In this document: in pieces, positions 48,924-59,100 of the stretch
How positions within the stretch are numbered: position 1 is the first letter of the stretch
Layout: each line of letters starts with the position of its first letter
Origin: Bacteroidota bacterium
GTDB lineage: Bacteria > Bacteroidota > Bacteroidia > Bacteroidales > FEN-979
Length of the DNA stretch: 64,000 nucleotides
NCBI GenBank assembly: GCA_026391715.1
Contig: JAPLDO010000078.1
Coordinates: forward strand, 137,712 to 201,711
Direction: 5' to 3'
Program-made: the position numbers and the translations under genes
The notes under the pieces: generated by a model
Seen by the model: the letters and a program-made list of their open reading frames with translations, nothing else
Database searches by the model: none
What the model was told of the DNA's origin: nothing

Positions 48924-49583
48924 ATGACTACTGTCACAAATCTGATAAGTAAGCTACAAATCAGAAAATACTCAGAAGAGGAATGGATTGAAGGAATCCG
49001 CAATATGAAACCGCGTGTGATCCAAAAATACTACAATAAACAATTGCCAATAATCCGGAAAATGGTATTTCGATATGAAATGGGCAGGGAAACAGAAGCT
49101 GAGGATATTGTCATTGATGCTCTGATAATTTTAATCAACAACTTGGGAAGCGACAAATTTGAGGCCCGGAGCAAATTAGACACCTATTTTTACAGGATAT
49201 GCACAAATATCTGTCTCGATAAGGTATAGTACAACAAAAAGATACCTTTATCCTTGAATGTAGATATTCAAGACATTCAATTGCAAGATCATCAAACGCT
49301 TATGGACGATTCTGAATCACCAAACCACCTATATGATCCTGAAAACCGGCTTGTGATCACACTTGAAATAATAAAAACCCTCGACTTGATTTGCCAAAGA
49401 CTTTTTGACCTGAGGTTTGGCGCAGTTCAACAGGGAAACAGAAAACATGTGTCCTCGGAGCAAAGGAGGTTTCATGAAATTGCCCTGATTATGGAAATGA
49501 CCGAAGAAAATGCCAGACAAAAATATAAAAGATGCTTGACAAAGTTATATGCCGAATACAAGAGAAGAACCACGGAAAATTAA
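48924..49583 (+). pseudogene. ECF-type sigma-70 family factor interrupted by one in-frame TAG (49227-49229)
   Basis: A region-2-like half (48924-49226) and a region-4-like half (49230-49583, FHEIALIMEMTEENARQKYKRCL) lie in the same reading frame, separated only by a TAG. Confidence 0.6.
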
Positions 49584-49604
49584 TCAAAATAACAAATTCG
49601 CCAG

Positions 49605-50351
49605 ATGAAACCCGAAAATATTAACGAAGAGGATATTGAGTTAATTGAAAAATATTTTGATTTTGAATTATCTGACAAGGAAAAAGAATTCTTTGAAAAA
49701 AGACTCAAAGAGGACAAGGGATTTCAGTCGCTTGTCAAATTCAGAAAAGAACTGCCGGACATTTGGATCAGGTCGCGAAGATTGGAAACAATAAGAAAGG
49801 AGGTAAGCAAAATTTTAAACACTGGGACTGAAACAATAAAGGACACCAGAAAAAAAAACCGGTTGTTTCAAAGCAACTTGTCGGTTTCCGGGAGGATATT
49901 GAATTACAAATATTCCATTGCCGCATCGTTCGCTGTTTTAATCGGCTTGGGAACCCTGATTTTTTTGTTAACCCGGCAACATTCAGGTGAACAATTGGCG
50001 GAAAACGAGAAGAACAAACCATCGCAGGTTTATGGTCCTGATGCCTCGCCGAACAAAGGGAACCTCGAAATTTACAAAGGGAAGCCTGATGCCCTGGCAA
50101 CTTACCTTACGCCCGACAGCAACTCTGTTTTTTCACCAAAGGATAAAATAGTTTTTCAGTGGACATTCAATAAAAAAGTCGACACATCCCACCTGACCAT
50201 CATGAAAAAGCAAAACAGGATGATAGTGTTTGACCAAAGGATTCTGCCTGACCAGCGGATGTTTACTTTAAAATCAAAATCATTGAAAGCCGGTGAATAT
50301 ATCTGGTACATCGGGGACGAAAAAGTTTCCAGGTCGTTTTCTATAAAGTAG
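49605..50351 (+). CDS. anti-sigma-like single-pass membrane protein
   Basis: It lies directly downstream of the sigma gene. It has a cytoplasmic N-terminus, one TM (IAASFAVLIGLGTLIFLL) and an extracytoplasmic C-terminus. Confidence 0.45.
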   Translation: MKPENINEEDIELIEKYFDFELSDKEKEFFEKRLKEDKGFQSLVKFRKELPDIWIRSRRLETIRKEVSKILNTGTETIKDTRKKNRLFQSNLSVSGRILNYKYSIAASFAVLIGLGTLIFLLTRQHSGEQLAENEKNKPSQVYGPDASPNKGNLEIYKGKPDALATYLTPDSNSVFSPKDKIVFQWTFNKKVDTSHLTIMKKQNRMIVFDQRILPDQRMFTLKSKSLKAGEYIWYIGDEKVSRSFSIK

Positions 50352-50380
50352 GTTGTGAAATGATTATTAAATGAATAATT

Positions 50381-51850
50381 ATGAAGGCCATTCCGTTGTT
50401 TTTCGTCTTCCTCCTTCTGACACAGTTGTCGTTTCCTCAAACCAATGATTCAAGAGACACTGCCAAGGCCAACTTCCGGGATTTTGAAAAATCCTGGAAT
50501 GATGGCTTTAATGATTACGCGGCGCAGCACGATTCTGACCTTTCCAAATATCTTCGAAATCACTGGGAAAAATACCAGATATTTATTGATTCAATAAGAT
50601 CAAAAAATAAACCCAAAAAACAACCGCGGTTTATCCCCGAAACGGGGAAGGTTGAATTTATTGATCCGGATAGCGCAATAGGCAAAGATGAACACAAATT
50701 CTACCAGATCTTTCAGGATTCAACCCCTGTAAAAAATGACATCAATTACTTTTCACCTGAGACTTCATTTGAATTCTATGGGGAAAAACCCGTCAACAAC
50801 TTTAAACAAACCGGTATAAAAGTCACGTCTGTCAATGAATCTTCAATAAAGGAATTTTTACGGAAATATTATTCTGATAAAACCTTGGAAAAAAACAAAA
50901 TTGAACTTATCCGGATTGCATGGGATTTGGGACTCAATGATTATGGATATTATCTGTTGCTCAGAAAAGCTGCAGTGCAGATGTTCGACAACCAAAACGA
51001 AAGGGCGCTCTTCACCTGGTTATACCTTCGGTCAATGAACAAGAGGAAGGTCATCCTCGGGTATGACAAAAATAATGCATACTGCCTGGCAGCCTGTGAT
51101 AAAAATTTGTTCAATCACCAATACGTCCTCATCGAAAAGGTGAAATATTATGTTTTTTTAGCTCCCGGGCAGCCAAAACCAACCGGTGACCTAAGTTACT
51201 ATGATTTGGAAAACTCAACAAAAACGGACCCGTTGACTCTTGAAATAGCCCGCTTCCCAAACCTGAACTACAGGACATCAACCCGGTTTTACCCATTTAA
51301 CCGGGACACCCTGCGCATCAATACAAATCTTTTTCTGATTGAATTCCTCCGCGATTTTCCCCAAACCAACCTGAAATATTATTTCGATGCGCCCGTCTCG
51401 GAAAAGACGTTGAGCGCCCTCGACCACGAAGTTAAACCACTGCTTAATGGCAAAACAGAAGTGGAAGAGGTCAATATCCTGTTGGCTTTTTTTCATAAAT
51501 CCTTCCGTTATAAAACAGATCAGGATCAGTTTGGGTCAGAAAAATATATGTTTTGTGATGAGGTTCTATTTTATCCTTATACCGACTGCGATGACAGGGC
51601 TGTGCTGTTTGCCCGGCTTGTTCAGCGGTACACGGGCTTGCCCGTGATCGGGCTCGATTATCCGAACCATGTATCCGTGGGCGTTTGCTTCTCCACTCCG
51701 GTTTCTGGCGATTCTGTCAAATTCGGGAAAAAAAATTATCTTATTTGTGATCCAACAATTATAAATGCCAAAGTTGGTAATGCCTCTGATTCCATGAACG
51801 CTGTTAAGCCTGTCGTAATCGAGGTAAACATTGATTCCATGAACAATTGA
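50381..51850 (+). CDS. secreted protein with C-terminal Cys-His-Asp (transglutaminase/papain-like) signature
   Basis: Has a signal peptide. YPYTDCDDRAVLFARLV ... YPNHVSVGV ... ICDPT parallels the 53479-56151 paralogue. Confidence 0.55.
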   Translation: MKAIPLFFVFLLLTQLSFPQTNDSRDTAKANFRDFEKSWNDGFNDYAAQHDSDLSKYLRNHWEKYQIFIDSIRSKNKPKKQPRFIPETGKVEFIDPDSAIGKDEHKFYQIFQDSTPVKNDINYFSPETSFEFYGEKPVNNFKQTGIKVTSVNESSIKEFLRKYYSDKTLEKNKIELIRIAWDLGLNDYGYYLLLRKAAVQMFDNQNERALFTWLYLRSMNKRKVILGYDKNNAYCLAACDKNLFNHQYVLIEKVKYYVFLAPGQPKPTGDLSYYDLENSTKTDPLTLEIARFPNLNYRTSTRFYPFNRDTLRINTNLFLIEFLRDFPQTNLKYYFDAPVSEKTLSALDHEVKPLLNGKTEVEEVNILLAFFHKSFRYKTDQDQFGSEKYMFCDEVLFYPYTDCDDRAVLFARLVQRYTGLPVIGLDYPNHVSVGVCFSTPVSGDSVKFGKKNYLICDPTIINAKVGNASDSMNAVKPVVIEVNIDSMNN

Positions 51851-51975
51851 AATTTATTTTCATTTTTGATGTCACATTCCTCATTTTTGATATACCAATA
51901 TTAAATGAACAAAATCAAACAACACAATAGTTAACCATTAATCATCAATTACTAACCAATTAAAACTAAATTACC

Positions 51976-52566
51976 ATGAAAAAAGCAACTGTTTTTATGA
52001 TCATTGCAGCAATCTGCACATCATTTGTTCTCAATGGATTTGCCGGCTTCGACAAAATGCCGAAGGTCTATCAAAAAATGGAAGAAAAGACCGTAAACAT
52101 GAATAAAAAAGGGGCGCTTGCGGTTATTGGTCTCGCGGTTTCAAGCCGTATGGATATCGGAAAAAACAAAGCGATCGAGGATGCTAAAAAACAAATAGCC
52201 GAACTACGGAAAAACTATGTTGAGACAACTGTTAATGATTTTAAAAAGGAAATCGGCGTGGGAAAGGGCGCTGAAATAGATGAGGTTTTCACACAGGTAA
52301 TCAAAAGTGTTGCCGCCACTATCATCAACGGAGCGATGGTCAATGATTTTACCTATTTTGAAACAAAGGCAGACAAAAAAGAGGGCTCGGCTACTTATAT
52401 TGTCCTTTACGTGATTACTCCCGAAGCCATGCAAAAAACACTGGAAGCCGAACTTAAAACCAAAGGGAGCAAGGCAAATCTGTACCAACTTTACATGGAA
52501 TCAGAGGCAAAAAAGGATCACGACAAAGCAATCCAGGAATTTAAAGCCATGGAAGAGAATAAATAA
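51976..52566 (+). CDS. secreted/lipoprotein-like protein (possibly LPP20-like)
   Basis: Has a signal peptide. The family assignment rests only on a weak resemblance recalled from memory. Confidence 0.4.
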   Translation: MKKATVFMIIAAICTSFVLNGFAGFDKMPKVYQKMEEKTVNMNKKGALAVIGLAVSSRMDIGKNKAIEDAKKQIAELRKNYVETTVNDFKKEIGVGKGAEIDEVFTQVIKSVAATIINGAMVNDFTYFETKADKKEGSATYIVLYVITPEAMQKTLEAELKTKGSKANLYQLYMESEAKKDHDKAIQEFKAMEENK

Positions 52567-52600
52567 GCGTTGATCATCAATACCTTGCCGCAAAATGTAT

Positions 52601-52634
52601 CTGAACGCGGGTGGACACTCCAACCCGCGTTCAG
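52601..52634 (+). terminator. perfect 12-bp stem-loop between cluster genes
   Basis: CTGAACGCGGGT-(10 nt)-ACCCGCGTTCAG is followed by TTCCCCCCCCAAAAAAA. There is no canonical U-tract. Confidence 0.45.
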
Positions 52635-52660
52635 TTCCCCCCCCAAAAAAAGAAAACTGT

Positions 52661-53452
52661 ATGAAAAAGATAATCTTTGCAAGCATAATTTGGGGCGCAA
52701 GTCTGGCATCCGTTTTTGCCATTGATTATCCAGCCTGGTTCATATACCCGCAACGTTACCCCAAATTCATCACCGGCTTTTCATACAAAGGAAATCCCCC
52801 TGTCACCGATGCGGAAGTAATGTACTGTGTGTATAAACATTGCGATGTGGAAGGATATATCGAAACTTTTTCAAACAACAGCCTGAACTATCTTAAAAAT
52901 GTCCAGTACCATTATGTTTATCCCGAAAGTGACCTGAAATGGATCGAGGACAAGTTGTTCTACCACGATCGTTTTATTCTTTCGGTTGCCTCCCAGGATT
53001 ATGTTGAGACTTTTTCCCTTTCAAAAGATGTGGAATTCGAGAAGATTATCCTGTCGCCCGAGTCAATCCCGGTTCCGGTCTGGTTGCAGCAAACCACCTG
53101 GGAAGATGCCGGATATTATTATGGGGTAGGAATGGTAACCTCACTGGGAAATCCAAGCGAATGTTGGAAAAATTCGGAAGAGCAGGCAATTTATAACATC
53201 CTTACTTCTATTTCAATTAAATTTTTCGCCCTGAACCGGCTGGTGCAAGACACAAAATTACACATAGACGAATTGACCACATATACACGCACAGACCTGA
53301 AATTTTACCTCTCTTCCATCCAGACCATGGAACGATATCCAGACCTTCAACACGAACTTTATTACACCCTTGTCAGGATTCATAAAACCAACGTCACCCC
53401 CCTCTTGTTCGATCTGGAGACAAAATACGATTCCCTTTTTCAATTGAAGTAA
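52661..53452 (+). CDS. secreted hypothetical protein
   Basis: A signal peptide (MKKIIFASIIWGASLASVFA) starts at the internal ATG at 52661. The upstream extension reads through the hairpin. Confidence 0.5.
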   Translation: MKKIIFASIIWGASLASVFAIDYPAWFIYPQRYPKFITGFSYKGNPPVTDAEVMYCVYKHCDVEGYIETFSNNSLNYLKNVQYHYVYPESDLKWIEDKLFYHDRFILSVASQDYVETFSLSKDVEFEKIILSPESIPVPVWLQQTTWEDAGYYYGVGMVTSLGNPSECWKNSEEQAIYNILTSISIKFFALNRLVQDTKLHIDELTTYTRTDLKFYLSSIQTMERYPDLQHELYYTLVRIHKTNVTPLLFDLETKYDSLFQLK

Positions 53453-53478
53453 CCTTTCACCCCCTAATATTTATCTAT

Positions 53479-56151
53479 ATGAAATCAACAGTGTTTCTCT
53501 GTTCTATTCTGCTATTGGCAGCAATGACAACCTTTGGACAAGTCAACAATGATTTTGAACAGGAAAAGAAAAAGCTCCAAAGCGAAATGAATGAATACAT
53601 CAGGCAGACCCGGAAAGAGTTTACCGATTACGTGGACGGGATCAACAAAGCCTATTCGGAATATCTTCGTAAAAACTGGAAAGAGTTCCCTGCTTTGCGT
53701 GCGATGGAACCCGACTCCATGCCGAAGCCGAAAATTCTGCCTGAATACAATCCAGCGATAGACAAAATTAAACCCGGAGAGGCAGTAAGGGTAATTCCCG
53801 TTCTGGTTCCGGATGCCATTCCACAAATAATACCGAAAATACCCAATATCCCGGTTATCCTCCCGGAGGAGGTCATTGAAGAAACACCGGCGCCTGACGA
53901 TAAAAAGCCACAGGATCCGCTGGAAGAAGCCACTAAACCCATCATCCGTGATAAACAGATATCTTTTTATGGCTCAGAACTATCCGTTGAGTTCGATCCC
54001 GCCATGAAAGGATCCCTTCCCGGGGAAATCCACAACACGACCATCGCCGGATTCTGGGACCGTATGAACAAGACCAATTATCCCCGTTTGATCAAACGGC
54101 TATCCGATTTGCGCACACAAATGAACCTGGGAGATTGGGGGTATTACCAACTGGTGAAAAAAACAGCCGAGTTCATCAATCCCGATGAGAATTATTCCCG
54201 GCTGCTCTCGTGGTTCCTGCTTACCAAATCGGGATATCGTATCCGCGTAGCATATACCGATAATCAAATTGCCCTTCTCTTCCCTTCAGCCAACAAGATT
54301 TACGGAATCCGCTATTTTTTGATCAGCAACGTGAAATACTACGCGCCGGGATTTACCCCCAGCCATATTTATACCTACGAACAAGACTTTCCCGGCGCCA
54401 CAAAAGCGCTTGACCTCAATGTTTACAATGCACTGAATATTGGAAATGACTACGTGATGAAGACGATCATTTTCAGTCATAATGACAAAAACTACTCGAT
54501 TGACGTAGAATACAATGCCAACAGCATTGATTTTTATAAAGATTTCCCTTTGTGCGAACTTAAGCTCTATCTGGATGCAGCGATAACGCCGCGCGCCAAA
54601 GAATCGCTGGTTCGCTCCTTGCAGCCGTTGGTTGAAGGGATGACAGAGGCAGAATCAGTAAACCTCCTTCTTTCGTTTGTCCAGAAAGGGTTTTCATACA
54701 AAACAGATCCTGAGCAGTTTGACGGGCATGAGAAGTTCAATTTCCCTGAAGAGACGCTTTTCTATCCCTATTCCGACTGCGACGACCGCGCCATTTTGTT
54801 CACATGGCTTGTCAGGGAATTGCTGGAACTGAAAGTTGTCGGTTTAGTTTATCCCGGGCATGTAGCCACTGCTGTTCACCTCAACGGGGATGAACCCGGA
54901 GATTTTGTAATGTATAAAGGAGAAAAATACATCGTCGCAGATCCAACTTACATCAATGCCCCAATGGGATTGACAATGCCGGGAATGAAAAATTCAGGCG
55001 CCGAAGTGGTCGAACCAACAATCTTTTACAATGAAAAAGAGATTCTGGCATCAATCTGGGAAAAGGTAGAAATAACAGGCGGGTTCAGAGGTGAAAATTT
55101 TCAGGACATTGACAGGGATTCAAGCGGGAATTACTATATTGCAGGGTATTTTAAGGGTGAACTCACCATCGGGGGAACTACATTGACCTCAAATCCATCA
55201 CAAAACGATGCCTTCATCGCAAGGTTCAACAAAAACGGGAACCCCGAATGGGCCATCAGTGGCGGATGTGAAGGAAATGCGAGGGCCGCGAACATCCGGC
55301 TGGATGATGAAAATAACATGTACATCACCGGCACCTTTGAAAAATCAATCAAATTCGGAGGCATTATGATGTTTGCCAATTCACCGGCCAACGCGTTTGT
55401 GGCCAAACTGAACCCGGATGGCAAACTCCTCTGGATGAACCAAACCGCCATCGACACGACCGATGCCAGGGACAACATCCATGTGCTTTCGCTGACCAGT
55501 TCCGGCAAAGTCATCAAATCAGACAAATACCCGCCCGATCCAAACTTCATGGCCTACGGGATAAGCTTTGATGAAAACAAGAATGTGTATTACACCGCCA
55601 CCTACGCCTATACTGCCGGTTTGATTGATAAGCTCACCATGTCGGCCGAGTCAATTTACAATGTTCCTGCCATTTTAAAAGAGGAGACCGATAAACAGAT
55701 TGAACTGAAATGCAACCAGTCCATCGCCGGCCTCTTCAGTGCCATATCGCTGCTGCGGAATGGAACTGTCGCCATCTCCGGTAAATCGGTACAGGCTGCA
55801 TTTGAAAAGTACAACCCCGACTTCAGGAAAAAATCGCCAAACCTTTACGCATCCATCGGGAAGATCAGTATGATGAAAAATGACCAGGGAATCATCACCA
55901 TCCTTACCGAAGACCAGAAACCCATCGGGCTCGACCGGATGAAAATCAACCACAACACCCGGTTGAAACTTTCGATGCTTCCCAACGGCGACGCGAGAAT
56001 TGATGTGTTGGGCGGCATCAAAGTGGGAAAAGCGATCATCTGGTACAGCTTAAATTTCATCAAGCTCTTCCGCACCAATGGTTCAATGCTGTTCGACTAC
56101 GATTCCGACCACAGCCAGGTGACACTTGACGTTCGTAAGGATTTGCTTTGA
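53479..56151 (+). CDS. large secreted protein: paralogue of 50381-51850 (Cys-His-Asp domain) plus C-terminal beta-propeller-like (SBBP-type) repeats
   Basis: Has a signal peptide and YPYSDCDDRAILFTWLV ... YPGHVATAV ... VADPTY. Repeats include NYYIAGYFKGELTIGG, NAFIARFNKNGNPEWA, NMYITGTFEKSIKFGG and NAFVAKLNPDGKLLWM. Confidence 0.6.
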   Translation: MKSTVFLCSILLLAAMTTFGQVNNDFEQEKKKLQSEMNEYIRQTRKEFTDYVDGINKAYSEYLRKNWKEFPALRAMEPDSMPKPKILPEYNPAIDKIKPGEAVRVIPVLVPDAIPQIIPKIPNIPVILPEEVIEETPAPDDKKPQDPLEEATKPIIRDKQISFYGSELSVEFDPAMKGSLPGEIHNTTIAGFWDRMNKTNYPRLIKRLSDLRTQMNLGDWGYYQLVKKTAEFINPDENYSRLLSWFLLTKSGYRIRVAYTDNQIALLFPSANKIYGIRYFLISNVKYYAPGFTPSHIYTYEQDFPGATKALDLNVYNALNIGNDYVMKTIIFSHNDKNYSIDVEYNANSIDFYKDFPLCELKLYLDAAITPRAKESLVRSLQPLVEGMTEAESVNLLLSFVQKGFSYKTDPEQFDGHEKFNFPEETLFYPYSDCDDRAILFTWLVRELLELKVVGLVYPGHVATAVHLNGDEPGDFVMYKGEKYIVADPTYINAPMGLTMPGMKNSGAEVVEPTIFYNEKEILASIWEKVEITGGFRGENFQDIDRDSSGNYYIAGYFKGELTIGGTTLTSNPSQNDAFIARFNKNGNPEWAISGGCEGNARAANIRLDDENNMYITGTFEKSIKFGGIMMFANSPANAFVAKLNPDGKLLWMNQTAIDTTDARDNIHVLSLTSSGKVIKSDKYPPDPNFMAYGISFDENKNVYYTATYAYTAGLIDKLTMSAESIYNVPAILKEETDKQIELKCNQSIAGLFSAISLLRNGTVAISGKSVQAAFEKYNPDFRKKSPNLYASIGKISMMKNDQGIITILTEDQKPIGLDRMKINHNTRLKLSMLPNGDARIDVLGGIKVGKAIIWYSLNFIKLFRTNGSMLFDYDSDHSQVTLDVRKDLL

Positions 56152-56184
56152 TAACCGTATCAATAACTGTTTAATATGTGAAAT

Positions 56185-57795
56185 ATGAAAATTCAGCGAT
56201 CACACCACCGGTTTAAAGCCCGGACGCCCCTGCGGAACCCGGTAAACGATGCCAACGCGTTTGCAGCATCGTTGCGGGCAGTTGGTTTTACCGTGATCGT
56301 GAAGAACAACCTGAACAAGACGGAGATGGAAAACGCGGTGAGAAATTACTCGCAAAGGCTCACCGCCGGCGATGTCGCGCTGTTCTATTACAGCGGCCAC
56401 AGGATGCAGGTAAAGGGCGTCAATTACCTGGTGCCGGTGGGCGAAAGCATCTATTCGGAGGTTGATATTCCATACAAGAGCATGGAGGCACAATTTGTGA
56501 TTGACTACATGCAGGAGGCAAAAACCTCTGTGAACATCATCATCCTTGATGCCTGCCGCGACAACCCGTTCAAATCCTTCCGATCCCTGAGCCGCGGGTT
56601 TGTGCCGGTAATCGCCCCCCAGGGCACTTTCATCGCCTATTCCACCGCCCCCGGAACGGTAGCCTTCGATGGCGCCGGCAGCCACTCACCTTACACCGAA
56701 AACCTGATCGCCTCCATGAAAAAACCGGGGATGCCCATCGAGGAGATGTTCAAAGAGGTGAGGCGGAACGTGATGAACGAAACTTCGAAGATGCAGGTGC
56801 CGTGGGAATCCTCGTCATTGATTGATGCCTTCGCGTTCAATGGGGTTGTAAATTCAAAGATTGTAATTCCCGAATCAACACCGCCCATCGTCAATAAACC
56901 ACTTGCTAAGACTGCAAATTTGCATAAGGATTGTAATAGACTTATTTATATGGCCGATAGATCCTTAAGCGATAAAGAATACTTCAATGCACGAGAAAAC
57001 TATCAAAAAGCGTCACTCATTGAACCTGGAGAGTCCTATCCAAAAGATAAAATCCGGGAAATAGATATATTGCTGGCTAAGAACTTAGATTTATTTACTA
57101 CTATGGTATTTGTGGAGGGCGGAACTTTTCAAATGGGCAGCAACGATGGTTATGACAATGAAAAACCGGTACATTCGGTAACGCTCAATAATTTTTATAT
57201 CGGCAAAACCGAAGTGACCCAGAAACAATGGAGGGAGGTGATGGGCAGCGATCCGCCGGAGTTAAATAACAAAGGTTGCGATCAATGTCCGGTAGAGGGT
57301 GTTTCATGGATTGATGTACAGGATTTCATCACGAAACTGAACCGGAAAACCAATAAAACTTATCGCCTGCCCACCGAAGCAGAATGGGAATATGCCGCAA
57401 GGGGCGGAAACAAAAGCAGGGGATACGCGTATAGCGGAAGCACCAACGTTGGCGATGTGGCATGGTATTCAGAAAATTCCGGTTTAATAACCCACCCGGT
57501 CGGGCAAAAAGAGCCAAATGAACTCGGGATTTACGACATGACCGGAAACGTTTGGGAATGGTGCAGAGATTGGTATGGTGCCTATGAATATGACTGGAAC
57601 AGTACGATTTCCAACCCTCAGGGCCCTTCATCGGGCTCCGACCATGTGTTTCGCGGTGGCGGTTGGGGCATCGGCCCTCAGTACTGCCGCACTTCGTATC
57701 GCAACGGCGCTGCCCCCGACTATCGCAGCTACTATCTGGGGTTTCGTTTTTTTTTTCCCATAGTTCGGGGGCGGCTGTTTGGCCATTCCTTTTGA
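56185..57795 (+). CDS. caspase-like (peptidase C14) - FGE-sulfatase/C-type-lectin-fold fusion protein, putative DGR target A
   Basis: Caspase motifs are NPVNDA, YYSGHRMQ (His) and ILDACRDNPF (Cys). FGE-type motifs are RLPTEAEWEYAARGG, GNVWEWC, RGGGW and LGFR. There is no signal peptide and the first caspase strand appears to be missing. Confidence 0.8.
   Translation: MKIQRSHHRFKARTPLRNPVNDANAFAASLRAVGFTVIVKNNLNKTEMENAVRNYSQRLTAGDVALFYYSGHRMQVKGVNYLVPVGESIYSEVDIPYKSMEAQFVIDYMQEAKTSVNIIILDACRDNPFKSFRSLSRGFVPVIAPQGTFIAYSTAPGTVAFDGAGSHSPYTENLIASMKKPGMPIEEMFKEVRRNVMNETSKMQVPWESSSLIDAFAFNGVVNSKIVIPESTPPIVNKPLAKTANLHKDCNRLIYMADRSLSDKEYFNARENYQKASLIEPGESYPKDKIREIDILLAKNLDLFTTMVFVEGGTFQMGSNDGYDNEKPVHSVTLNNFYIGKTEVTQKQWREVMGSDPPELNNKGCDQCPVEGVSWIDVQDFITKLNRKTNKTYRLPTEAEWEYAARGGNKSRGYAYSGSTNVGDVAWYSENSGLITHPVGQKEPNELGIYDMTGNVWEWCRDWYGAYEYDWNSTISNPQGPSSGSDHVFRGGGWGIGPQYCRTSYRNGAAPDYRSYYLGFRFFFPIVRGRLFGHSF
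57610..57760 (+). repeat. putative DGR variable region, copy A
   Basis: Aligns with 61215-61364 and 63251-63400. Blocks such as GGCCCTTCATCGGGCTCCGACC and CGCGGTGGCGGTTGG are invariant, and substitutions are confined to particular codons. Confidence 0.6.
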
Positions 57796-57855
57796 GCCAG
57801 GACATTCAAAATTCCTAACTTCGCTGATGAAAAACATTTAAAACAGCAAATTGAA

Positions 57856-59100
57856 ATGACTAAAATAAAAATAAAGAATTTCGGGCCCGTCAAAGAGGGA
57901 TATCAGGACAATGACGGCTGGCTTGATGTGAAAAAGGTTACCCTGTTTATCGGTAATCAGGGAAGTGGTAAAAGCGCCGTGGCAAAACTTATCACAACTT
58001 TTATGTGGATAGAGAAAGTCCTTACAAGGGGCGACTACGACAGGAAAAGTTTTTCAAAAGTTTTTGCCATGAAGGACCAGGGGAAAAACCAGTTTCTCAC
58101 ATACTTCCGGTTGGAAAATTATTTTCCGACCGACCGCACCAGAACTTTGATTGAATACAAAGGCGAATCATTCAACATTACACTTGAAAACGGACAACTA
58201 CATATTGAAGCTGCGAAAAATGGCGACTACCCGCTGCCACAAATCATGTATGTTCCGGCCGAAAGAAATTTTATTGCAAATGTGAGAACCCCGAAAGCGC
58301 TGAAACTGATTTCGCCTTCCTTGTCGGAATTTGTGACCGAGTTTGACAATTCCAGGGATGAAATTAGAGAGCCGATGCTTTTGCCAATCAATGATGCCTT
58401 TGTTGAGTATAACAAGTTGAACGATGTTGTTTATATCAAAGGGAATGATTACAGGATTAAGTTGACCGAGTCATCAAGCGGTTTTCAGTCATTGGTCCCA
58501 TTGTTTTTGGTTTCATGGTTTCTTTCCAATTCAGTTAAGCGACAAAGCGACAACACGAAAGAATTGATGACAAGTGAACAAAGGGAACGATTTCGCAAAC
58601 GGTTTCAGGCAATAAATGAAAACCTTGATTTAACCGAAGAACAAAAACGGATTGCAATTTCTTCACTTGCAAAAGAATTTACCAAAACTGCTTTCATCAA
58701 TGTCGTAGAAGAACCGGAACAAAATCTGTTTCCAGGTTCGCAACATGGGGTGTTGAACCGGTTGATCGAATTCAACAACATGAATAGCGGGAACAAATTA
58801 ATAATGACCACCCACAGCCCATACCTGGTTAATTATCTGACTTTGGCAGTAAAGGCAAATGATTTGAACGGAATGATCAAAACGGAGGCGCTTAGAACAC
58901 GGTTAAATGAAATTGTTCCCCTCCAATCAACAACAAGCGCCGACGAGCTTGCAATTTACGAAATGAACGAAAAGGATGGGACGATAGTAAAGTTGGCCAA
59001 CTACAAAGGGTTACCTGATGACGACAATTATTTGAATGAAAAGCTGGCAGAATGCAACGAACTATTTGCAAAACTATTGGAAATTCAGCAAGAAATATGA
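57856..59100 (+). CDS. ABC-type (AAA_15/AAA_21-like) ATPase
   Basis: Has N-terminal IKNFGPV, Walker A (GNQGSGKS), Q-loop (YVPAERN), signature-like SSSGFQS, Walker B (FINVVEEPEQNLFP) and H-loop (MTTHSP). Confidence 0.8.
   Translation: MTKIKIKNFGPVKEGYQDNDGWLDVKKVTLFIGNQGSGKSAVAKLITTFMWIEKVLTRGDYDRKSFSKVFAMKDQGKNQFLTYFRLENYFPTDRTRTLIEYKGESFNITLENGQLHIEAAKNGDYPLPQIMYVPAERNFIANVRTPKALKLISPSLSEFVTEFDNSRDEIREPMLLPINDAFVEYNKLNDVVYIKGNDYRIKLTESSSGFQSLVPLFLVSWFLSNSVKRQSDNTKELMTSEQRERFRKRFQAINENLDLTEEQKRIAISSLAKEFTKTAFINVVEEPEQNLFPGSQHGVLNRLIEFNNMNSGNKLIMTTHSPYLVNYLTLAVKANDLNGMIKTEALRTRLNEIVPLQSTTSADELAIYEMNEKDGTIVKLANYKGLPDDDNYLNEKLAECNELFAKLLEIQQEI

Noticed and set aside
48924-49583. Genome-wide reassignment of TAG as a sense codon
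   Set aside because: TAG closes targets B and C at positions homologous to each other. Other ORFs have sensible lengths under the standard code.
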